From Wigglesworthia glossinidia endosymbiont of Glossina morsitans morsitans (Yale colony) (GTDB taxonomy: Bacteria; Pseudomonadota; Gammaproteobacteria; Enterobacterales; Enterobacteriaceae): 32,000 nt of DNA. Within the stretch, counting starts at the first letter, position 1, and every line of letters starts with the position of its first letter. The notes under the pieces are model-generated. The model was given only the letters and a program-made list of their open reading frames with translations. It searched no databases and had not been told where the DNA came from. Below are positions 13,679 through 23,822 of this stretch, in pieces. The position numbers were made by a program, and so were the translations under genes. The DNA lies in contig NC_016893.1 of the NCBI RefSeq assembly GCF_000247565.1, forward strand, positions 1 to 32,000, read 5' to 3'.

Positions 13679-15304
13679 TCAATTTATATTTTCTGTATAT
13701 ATTCCTTTTCTTTTTAATCCCTTATATATTACATATTGTTGCATCATAGTAACTAAATTGCTCACTATGTAGTACAGTACTAATCCAGATGGAAACCATA
13801 AAAAGAATATAGTAAAAATTAATGGAATAAATGTTACAATTCGTTTTTGCATTGGGTCAACATGTGTAGAAGGCGACATTTTTTGTATCAAAAACATTGT
13901 TATACCCATTATAACAGGCAATATATAATATGGATCTTTTTCAGATAAATCATAAATCCACAACATAAATGGTGCATGTCGTAACTCTACAGATCCAGAA
14001 AGCATATAATATAAAGCTAAAAAAATCGGCATTTGAATAAACAACGGCATACATCCCCCCAGGGGATTAACTTTTTGTTTTTTATATAAAGCTATCATTT
14101 CTTGACTTTGACGATGTTTATCTTGGCTAAATTTATTTTTAATATTAACTATTTTTGGTTGCAAAATTCTCATTTTTGCCATAGAAGTATATTGAGATTT
14201 TGTAAGAGGATACATTAAACCTCTTACTATAAAAGTAATAAGAATAATAGATACTCCCCAATTGTTCGTATATTTATATATCCATGTTAACATTTTAAAT
14301 AATGGTTGAGCTATAAACCAAAGCCAACCATAGTCGATAGTTAAATTTAAATGATTTGCTACAGTTTTGATGGTATTTTGTAGTTTTGGACCAATCCATA
14401 ATGTAGATTGAATATTTTTTTCTTCTCCTTGCAATATGGATATTGGATATGATTTAAAACCAATAATTACTTGATCTTGATCGTAAAAATTTTCAGTATA
14501 AAAATGATATTTATACATTTGTTCTGGTATCCAAGCAACAAGAAAATATTGTTGCAGCATAGCAATCCATCCTGACATAGTTGTAATATTTAAATGTTTA
14601 TTATTTTTAATATCATTAAATTCATATTTTTTATATTTATGATCATCGCTAGAATATGCAGCACCGCGGTACGTATGAAAATTAAAATTGTAATTTTCAT
14701 TGATATTTTTAGTTTCTATAGATTGTTTTAATTGACTAAAAAGTGCAATTTCTATCGGATTATTTCCATAATTTTGAATTTTATGATTAATTTTGAATGC
14801 AAAACTGTTTTTAGTAAATACAAAATTTTTTGTATATTTCATTCCTAAATTATCGTCATATATCATAGATACGCTAAGATTGTTTAGAGTATCCGACAAT
14901 ACATATGTATTTTTTTCGCTTTTAAATATAGGATGTATTTCGGTATTATTATTTTTTATTTTGTAAGATTTAATTAATCCACTTTCAGCTTGATATATGA
15001 AATCTTTGGAAGTTTCAAGTAACTTTAATAAGTTTTTATTTTCTAAATCTTCAAAATAAGTACGTAATGATACTTCTTCTATATTTCCACCATAAGTGTT
15101 AATTTTTAAAATTAATAAATCTGTAATTATGGTAATAAAATTATTTTGTTTTTCAAAAATTTTATTTTCTATAATATTTTTTTTTTCTACTTTATTTTCT
15201 TTATTGAAATTTTCTGGGTCAGAAAATTCAACTTGCCATGTTTCTAACGCTATAAATGAAATGATCAGAAAAGCAATGAATAAAAAATTATTTTGTAAAC
15301 CCAT
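13679..15304 (-). CDS. yidC: membrane protein insertase YidC
   Basis: The 541-aa product has an N-terminal TM segment, a large periplasmic domain, and then the conserved core MAKMRILQPKIVNIKNKF...NPLGGCMPLFIQMPIFLALYYML. It lies in the rnpA-yidD-yidC-mnmE order. Confidence 0.95.
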   Translation of the reverse strand: MGLQNNFLFIAFLIISFIALETWQVEFSDPENFNKENKVEKKNIIENKIFEKQNNFITIITDLLILKINTYGGNIEEVSLRTYFEDLENKNLLKLLETSKDFIYQAESGLIKSYKIKNNNTEIHPIFKSEKNTYVLSDTLNNLSVSMIYDDNLGMKYTKNFVFTKNSFAFKINHKIQNYGNNPIEIALFSQLKQSIETKNINENYNFNFHTYRGAAYSSDDHKYKKYEFNDIKNNKHLNITTMSGWIAMLQQYFLVAWIPEQMYKYHFYTENFYDQDQVIIGFKSYPISILQGEEKNIQSTLWIGPKLQNTIKTVANHLNLTIDYGWLWFIAQPLFKMLTWIYKYTNNWGVSIILITFIVRGLMYPLTKSQYTSMAKMRILQPKIVNIKNKFSQDKHRQSQEMIALYKKQKVNPLGGCMPLFIQMPIFLALYYMLSGSVELRHAPFMLWIYDLSEKDPYYILPVIMGITMFLIQKMSPSTHVDPMQKRIVTFIPLIFTIFFLWFPSGLVLYYIVSNLVTMMQQYVIYKGLKRKGIYTENIN

Positions 15305-15325
15305 AAAACATAATCTCGATAGTTT

Positions 15326-15544
15326 TTATTTTTTTAAATTATAAGGATGACACTTTAACAATCTTTTGCACGCAATATATGTACCCCAAAAAATGCCTAA
15401 TTTTTTAATAGATTTAACTGCGTATTGTGAGCATGTTATTTTAAATCGACAATTTGATCCTAAAATTGGGCTAATAAAAATTTGATAATTGTATATTAAA
15501 AAGATAAAAAAATAATCAATTATAAGTAAAAATAATTTTGCCAT
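15326..15544 (-). CDS. yidD: membrane protein insertion efficiency factor YidD
   Basis: The 72-aa product has YQIFISPILGSNCRFKITCSQYAVKSIKKLG...CKRLLKCHP, which matches the YidD family pattern (E. coli [23 protein letters not shown]...LKCHP). Its start overlaps the rnpA 3' end by 25 nt. Confidence 0.85.
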   Translation of the reverse strand: MAKLFLLIIDYFFIFLIYNYQIFISPILGSNCRFKITCSQYAVKSIKKLGIFWGTYIACKRLLKCHPYNLKK

Positions 15545-15867
15545 AAAATATTTAATTTTTTTTTCAGTACATGATTGTTATATTTTAATATATTTTTTTT
15601 AGGATATGCTAGAAAATCAGACTTTATTAAACTAAATTGATTTAACCGAAAACTTTCCTTTATTAATCTTTTAATACGATTTCTATCATGCGATAAATAT
15701 ATATATTTTTTTAAAACTATTAATCCGATACGAGGATGTACAAATATATTTCTGTGATAAAAAAAAATTATCCATGGTGAATAAATTTTTTTAGCATGTT
15801 TTAAAATAAAAAAAATTTCTCTTGATTTGGATATACGCATATTTTTAGAAAGCATATTTTTTTTCAT
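15520..15867 (-). CDS. rnpA: ribonuclease P protein component
   Basis: The 115-aa basic protein carries the RNR motif region DRNRIKRLIKESFR. It begins 12 nt downstream of the rpmH stop, the universal rpmH-rnpA arrangement. Confidence 0.9.
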   Translation of the reverse strand: MKKNMLSKNMRISKSREIFFILKHAKKIYSPWIIFFYHRNIFVHPRIGLIVLKKYIYLSHDRNRIKRLIKESFRLNQFSLIKSDFLAYPKKNILKYNNHVLKKKLNILWQNYFYL

Positions 15868-15879
15868 TAAATAATTCCA

Positions 15880-16017
15880 TTATGCTACTATCAATTTAGT
15901 ACGATTTTTTGCGCGTCTTCTAGATAAAATTTTTCTTCCTGATTTAGTAGACATTCGAATTCTAAAGCCATGATCTCTTTTTCTTTTTAAAATAGACGGC
16001 TGAAAAGTACGTTTCAT
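15880..16017 (-). CDS. rpmH: 50S ribosomal protein L34
   Basis: This gene is below the ORF-track size cut-off. Hand translation of the minus strand from the ATG (cat at 16015-16017) gives [45 protein letters not shown], 45 aa with a TAA stop at 15880-15882. It is nearly colinear with E. coli L34 ([39 protein letters not shown]...). Confidence 0.93.
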   Translation of the reverse strand: MKRTFQPSILKRKRDHGFRIRMSTKSGRKILSRRRAKNRTKLIVA

Positions 16018-16467
16018 AATTTATATTAACCATTAAAAAACTGTTTATAAAATATAGCATATCTTGTAGTTCTTTTAAAAATTATTAAAATTAATATTTT
16101 AAATTTTTTCAATATATTTTTAATTTAGAAATAAGAAATATAATGTACTATATAAATTTAGTAAATAAAATATTATTATTTTGTTTAAATTGATAATATA
16201 TACAATTTTTATATGTGATTGATATGTTCAAAATAATTAGCAGGATTTTAATGTATCTATAATACTCAAAAAAACAGTATTACTAAAAAAAATATACTTC
16301 GTATATATTTATATTTTTAAAAAATTATATTGATGTGGTAGTCAGAAAATATTTTAATATAGTATTATTAATACATACTAACACATTTAAGAAATTTAAA
16401 TTTGATTTTAAAAATTTTTTTATAAAAAATGTATTATATAAATATTTAAATTGAAAATATTAAAACT
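16018..16467. other. 450-nt non-coding spacer occupying the ancestral dnaA locus (rpmH/dnaN divergent intergenic region)
   Basis: No ORF of 60 aa or more occurs in any frame. The spacer is flanked by the rpmH start (minus strand) and the dnaN start (plus strand). It must contain the rpmH and dnaN promoters. Confidence 0.8.
16330..16358 (+). promoter_or_regulatory. candidate sigma70-type promoter for dnaN (TTGATG - 17 nt - TTTAAT)
   Basis: A -35-like TTGATG lies at 16330-16335 and a -10-like TTTAAT at 16353-16358, with a 17-nt spacer. This is the only relatively G/C-containing patch of the spacer (gatgtggtagtcag), about 110 nt upstream of the dnaN ATG. In DNA this A+T-rich, -10-like hexamers arise by chance, so this is weak. 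Confidence 0.2.
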
Positions 16468-17577
16468 ATGAAATTTCAAATTCAACGCGAACAAATACTA
16501 TCTATTTTACAAAAAATATATTTAGTTTCTATACAACGCGCTACAGCACCAATTCTTGAAAATATATTAATAAAAATAACAAATAAAACAGACCTTTTGA
16601 TTATAGGAACAAATTTAGATATTGAATTAAAAAAAAATATCAAACTAACATCTTGCTCAGAAAACGGAGAAACTACTGTATCTGCGAAAAAAATACTAAA
16701 CGTTATTAGAAGTTTTTCGCCAAAAACAAAGATTGATTTAATTTTAAAAAATGAAAAATTATTAATTTTTTGTAAACAAATTAAATTTTCTTTATCCACT
16801 TTACCTGCAAAAAATTTTCCTAGTATAAATATTCTAGATAATCAAAAAGAAATCAGTTTAATAGAAAATAACTTCAAAATGTTACTTGAATCTACTTATT
16901 TTGCTATGGCCAATCAAGATGTAAGATCATATTTAAATGGTATGTTATTTGAAATAAAAACTAATTGTATACACGTTATTGCTACAAATGGACATCGTTT
17001 ATCTAGAGCTAAATGTGCTATAAGTAGCAACATTGATTTTGATTATGCTATAATTATTCCGAGAAATGGAATTTTAAATTTGGTTCGTATTTTAGAGAAC
17101 ACAAATAAAACAGTGAAATTTAATATTTCAAAAAAATATATTTGTATTAGCGTTTCAGGATATACTCTCACTTCTAAATTATTAGAAGGTAAATTTCCTG
17201 AATACAACTACATTTTCGAAAAAAATTATTTAGATAATAATATAATATTAGTTGATTGTACAATGTTAAAAAATGCATTAAAACGTATTTCTATCCTTTC
17301 TGATAAATCAAATAGTATTATTTTAAGTTTAAAAAAAAATTGTATGATAGTTTATATAAAAAATATTTTTCATGAAAAAGCAGAAGAAATATTAGAAATA
17401 AATTATATCGGTAAATTTATAGAAATTGGTTTTAATGTAAGCTATATGCTTGATGCTTTAAATACAATAAAATCTAACAAAGTAAAAATATTTATTATTA
17501 ATTCTAAATCTAGCATTTTAATAGAAGATGAATCGGATTTCGCAATTAATCATATTATAATGCCAATTCGAATATAA
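16468..17577 (+). CDS. dnaN: DNA polymerase III beta sliding clamp
   Basis: The 369-aa product has the N-terminus MKFQIQREQILSILQKI (E. coli MKFTVEREHLLKPLQQV), plus ATNGHRL and the C-terminus IMPIRI (E. coli VVMPMRL). Confidence 0.94.
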   Translation: MKFQIQREQILSILQKIYLVSIQRATAPILENILIKITNKTDLLIIGTNLDIELKKNIKLTSCSENGETTVSAKKILNVIRSFSPKTKIDLILKNEKLLIFCKQIKFSLSTLPAKNFPSINILDNQKEISLIENNFKMLLESTYFAMANQDVRSYLNGMLFEIKTNCIHVIATNGHRLSRAKCAISSNIDFDYAIIIPRNGILNLVRILENTNKTVKFNISKKYICISVSGYTLTSKLLEGKFPEYNYIFEKNYLDNNIILVDCTMLKNALKRISILSDKSNSIILSLKKNCMIVYIKNIFHEKAEEILEINYIGKFIEIGFNVSYMLDALNTIKSNKVKIFIINSKSSILIEDESDFAINHIIMPIRI

Positions 17578-17736
17578 TACAAAATTAGTAAATATAATTA
17601 TCGAATAAGCATACTTTATAAAAATAAAATATCAAAATTACTTTAAAAAATTTGATTTTTTTTAAATACTAACTAACAAAAATATCAATATATATTAAAA
17701 TAAAACTTTTAAAGTTTATTATACTAATTAAATTAA

Positions 17737-20193
<2,457 letters not shown>

Positions 20194-20328
20194 ATTAAAC
20201 GATTTAAAATTTTTAAAAATAAAGTTAAAATTTGTATTTTTTAAACTTTAATATTAAAATGTTAAGTGCAATAATTATTGTAAGTTATTTAATCTTAAAC
20301 TAAAAAATATTTAATATAAATAACTTTT

Positions 20329-22545
20329 ATGAAACAGTTAATTAATAATTTATTTTTTTTTTCTTTTTTAACATTATATGGAATAAAAGCATTATCTAAG
20401 GTAACTGGATGTGATAATTTTGATATACTTCAAAAAACTAAGCATACCAACTCTAGCTTACATCTAGAAAAAAATAAATTATATATTTATTCTGATTCTA
20501 TAAACATTGAATTTCCTAACAAATTTTTTTTTATTGGAAATGCAAAGATATATCAAAATAAATCTTTATTTTTTGCAAAAAAATTTAAAATAATAAATGA
20601 AAAACAGCGTACGTTGATTTTTGCCACGGACGATGTGAAATATATTTTTAATTCAGATTTTTATATAACAGGGGTAAAAGCATTTTTTGTTAAACAAACA
20701 GGTGATTTAGACTTCTATAAAATAAATTATCATTTTTTTAACGATAATATTTTTGGAAATGCAACTTTATTTAAAATTAGAAATGACAACAAGTTAGTTC
20801 TTTTAAAAAATGGATCAATAAGTATATGCAAATATAAATGTTACCTATGGAAAATTTCAGGATCAAAAATAATTTATAATCGCATAAAAAAAACAATAAA
20901 AATTTGGAATCCAAAAATATATTTTAAAAAATTTCCCGTATTTTATTTTCCTTATTTAAAAATAAATTTAAATAATAATTTTAATCACTTTGTACCTAGT
21001 ATAAATTATAATAACAAATCTGGATTCTCAATATTATTTTCATATCAATCAAATTTGTTTAAAAACTATTATTTTTATATTTTTCCAAAATATACAACGA
21101 ATCATGGTTTTGAATTTAATAACAAATTATTTTATACAAATAATTTAAATAAACAACAATACGTAAACTTTCGTTGGTTAAAAAGTAAAAAAAACAATGA
21201 TTATATTTGGTTTTTTCGCTGGAATTATGAAGAATCATTGAATAATAATATTAATATTAATGCACATTATTTAAATAGTAATAACTTATTTTATTTCATA
21301 AATACGTTTGAATTAAATAAAAAAAATTTCATTGAAAATGATATTGTTACACAGTTAAAATTAAATTTTTCCAATAAAAATTGGAAAATAGAATCAGCAT
21401 ATAGAAAATTTTATGTTTATACTGCAGATAAAGGCGCGTATAATACATCGCCGTACTTATATTTTAAGTATAATGTGAACGATAAAAATATGTATTTAAA
21501 TTTTCAACTATTTGGTGAATTAACTCAATTTCAAATAAAAAAAGATTTATTTTCTAAAATAACACGTACGCACATAGAACCAACTTTTTTTAATACTTTT
21601 TTTTATTCAGGAATTTCATTTAATAATGAAATAAAATTAATAATAATGAATTATTATGAATATAATTATAATAATACTTTTTTAAAAAAAGTAAATAAAT
21701 ATGCGCCTCAATTTAAAACAAATATTCACTTGTTGAAAAATATAATAATTAATTATAAAAGTTATTTCCAAAGTATGCAATTAAAATTTCAGTATGTATA
21801 TATGCCATATCATAAAAAAAATGATATGAAACTAAAATACGTTCCTTGCATGTTAAATATAGATTATTTTAATATTTCTAATAATATTTGCTATAATTAT
21901 TTAAATCCATTTTCTCATTCAAATAAAGCAACATTGGAATGGAAAACATATATTTATGATAATAAATATATCGAAAGATTTAATATGTCTTTTAAAAAGA
22001 TTTTGAATTTTGAACCGTCTTATACAAAAAAATTTCGTCATAAATATCCAAATTTTTTTGGAATTGCTAATTGGAAAATTAATAAATATTTAAAATTAAA
22101 TAGCGCTTTTCAATTAGATCAAATTAATAAAAGATTTTTGAAATTTGATACACAAATTATATATCAAAAAAATTATTATTCTTATTTTTTAGGATATCGT
22201 TTTTTAAGTCAATATTGGATAAATTATTTTCAATTAAATCAAAAAATACAAAATAATATTTATGAAATTCAATTTTCCGGAAAATTTCTATTAAAGAACA
22301 GATTCTTTATTTTAGCGTCAAATAGTTACAATTTAAATCCCATAAAATACTTAAAAAATACTTTTAACATAGAGTATAATGCATCTTGCTTTACATATAA
22401 ATTACAATATGAACAAAAGATAAATTTTCAAAAAAACGACTATAAAAAAATAGAACAAAGTATTTTTCTTAATATCGGTTTAAAACAATCAAATGATGTG
22501 TATTTACAAAAAATTGAATTAAAAAATAATATTAACGTGAACTAA
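20329..22545 (+). CDS. lptD: LPS-assembly outer-membrane protein LptD (Imp/OstA)
   Basis: The 738-aa product has an N-terminal signal-like segment. By-eye matches to E. coli LptD are listed here. NGSISICKYKCYLWKISGSKIIY...IWNPKIYFKKFPVFYFPYLKINL matches [23 protein letters not shown]...[30 protein letters not shown] matches VHLEPTI. FQYVYMPYHKKND matches AQYLYVPYRDQSD. IERFNMSF matches VERFNISV. It lies upstream of surA as in E. coli and is strongly diverged elsewhere. Confidence 0.88.
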   Translation: MKQLINNLFFFSFLTLYGIKALSKVTGCDNFDILQKTKHTNSSLHLEKNKLYIYSDSINIEFPNKFFFIGNAKIYQNKSLFFAKKFKIINEKQRTLIFATDDVKYIFNSDFYITGVKAFFVKQTGDLDFYKINYHFFNDNIFGNATLFKIRNDNKLVLLKNGSISICKYKCYLWKISGSKIIYNRIKKTIKIWNPKIYFKKFPVFYFPYLKINLNNNFNHFVPSINYNNKSGFSILFSYQSNLFKNYYFYIFPKYTTNHGFEFNNKLFYTNNLNKQQYVNFRWLKSKKNNDYIWFFRWNYEESLNNNININAHYLNSNNLFYFINTFELNKKNFIENDIVTQLKLNFSNKNWKIESAYRKFYVYTADKGAYNTSPYLYFKYNVNDKNMYLNFQLFGELTQFQIKKDLFSKITRTHIEPTFFNTFFYSGISFNNEIKLIIMNYYEYNYNNTFLKKVNKYAPQFKTNIHLLKNIIINYKSYFQSMQLKFQYVYMPYHKKNDMKLKYVPCMLNIDYFNISNNICYNYLNPFSHSNKATLEWKTYIYDNKYIERFNMSFKKILNFEPSYTKKFRHKYPNFFGIANWKINKYLKLNSAFQLDQINKRFLKFDTQIIYQKNYYSYFLGYRFLSQYWINYFQLNQKIQNNIYEIQFSGKFLLKNRFFILASNSYNLNPIKYLKNTFNIEYNASCFTYKLQYEQKINFQKNDYKKIEQSIFLNIGLKQSNDVYLQKIELKNNINVN

Positions 22546-22626
22546 TTTGAAACTATAAATTTTTTAATATATAATATATTCAAATTAAGAATAAATAAAT
22601 TTTTAGATAAATAATTACAAAATAAA

Positions 22627-23822
22627 ATGCTAAAAAATATATTATTTAGCTTATTTTTATATATCTTTTATATTAAAAATGCTTATACTAAACTTCAAAT
22701 TCTGGATGAAGTATCTGCGATTGTAAATCAAGATGTCATCTTAAAGAATGATGTAGATATGATATTAAAAAAAAATTCTTCATATTTACAAAACAGTGCA
22801 CATTCAGAATCTATTCAAAATAATTTGAAAAATGAAATTTTAAATTATTTAATATGCGACTATATTATAAAAAATAGTACATCACAAAATTCTTTATCAC
22901 CTGATATTTATAGCACTGAAATTTTTAAAAAAATAAATGAAAAAATTTCTGAAATTTATATTAAATATCATGAAATAAAAAGACAAATTAATATTGATTT
23001 CTATGAATTAGATAGTTTAAGTAAAATAATTTTTTTACGAGAAAACAAGATATTATTAAATCTTGCACATTTTATAATACCATTAATACATGATACATCA
23101 ATTAATAAAATAAATGAATTTAAAAAATCTCAAATATATATATTAAATTTAATTAAAAATCAAAATGTATCAAAAAAAAAATTATAAAATACTTGTATGC
23201 ACATAATTTTAAACAAGAATCATATTCGGGATGGCAAAATTTACAAAATTTGCCAAAATCACTACATATGATTTTTTTAAATGCATATCAAAAAAAAAAC
23301 AAAATAGTTTTAATTATTTTAAATAATAATTTACATATATTTCATATACGCGATATCAAATATAAAAAAGAAATTACTTTTTCTAGGCATATCAGACATA
23401 TATTAATTATTCCAAATAGAACATCTAATGAAAATGACACTTATAACAAATTGTTAAAAATTAAAAATTATATAGAATCTGGAAAAATAAGTTTTGAATA
23501 TGCAGCAAAAAAGTATTCTCAAGATTTAAGATCATTAAAACAAGGAGGTGATCTAGGATGGAAAATTAATCATAAATTTAATTTATTTATTTTACAAAAA
23601 ATAAATTATCTAAAAAAAAATAATATTACTATGCCGGTTAGATCTGATTTAGGATGGCATATTATTCAATTAGTCGATATAAAAGCATACGATAATACAT
23701 ATAAAAAATATTTGTCAAAAGCGTATAAAATTTTATTTTTAAAAAAAATTTCTGAAAATATACACTATTGGCTGAAAACAGAATATTTGCTGAATTATAT
23801 AGAAAAAATCAACCCTATATGA
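22627..23822 (+). pseudogene. surA: surA (periplasmic chaperone / parvulin PPIase) with reading frame broken by a 1-nt frameshift in an A10 run; a pseudogene or slippage-dependent gene
   Basis: Two adjacent ORFs lie in different frames: 22627..23187 (186 aa) and 23193..23822 (209 aa, TTG start with no SD). The first piece matches the SurA signal/N-domain (LDEVSAIVNQDVILKNDVD versus E. coli VDKVAAVVNNGVVLESDVD) and the start of parvulin domain 1 (LNLAHFIIPL versus LNLSHILIPL). The second piece continues domain 1 (SGWQNLQNLPKSL, LHIFHIRDIK). It then contains an intact domain 2 (RHILIIPN...FEYAAKKYSQD...QGGDLGW...GWHIIQLVD) and the C-terminal tail. The frames join at A10 (23172-23181), and one extra A gives a continuous protein of about 398 aa (E. 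coli 428). Confidence 0.85.
23172..23181 (+). repeat. A10 homopolymer at the surA frameshift site
   Basis: The sequence is tatc-AAAAAAAAAA-ttataa. The upstream frame stops at TAA 23185-23187, and the downstream frame is open from 23157. A11 or A8 would fuse the frames. Confidence 0.95.

Noticed and set aside
16214-16342. DnaA-box-like 9-mers tgtgattga (16214-16222) and tgtggtagt (16334-16342) in the rpmH/dnaN spacer.
   Set aside because: They give only 6/9 and 5/9 matches to TGTGGATAA. Isolated matches of this quality are expected by chance.
16482-16799. 105-aa minus-strand ORF at the dnaN 5' end, considered as a possible dnaA relic or novel gene.
   Set aside because: It lies fully inside dnaN on the opposite strand. 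dnaA would be on the plus strand upstream of dnaN, not here. The sequence shows no resemblance to DnaA.
22627-23822. Interpreting the two surA-region ORFs as two separate genes (an N-domain chaperone plus a stand-alone parvulin such as PpiC/PpiD).
   Set aside because: The break falls in the middle of parvulin domain 1, with homology to E. coli SurA continuing colinearly on both sides. The second ORF has no SD and a TTG start. The junction is an A10 run. A frameshifted single surA explains all of this.
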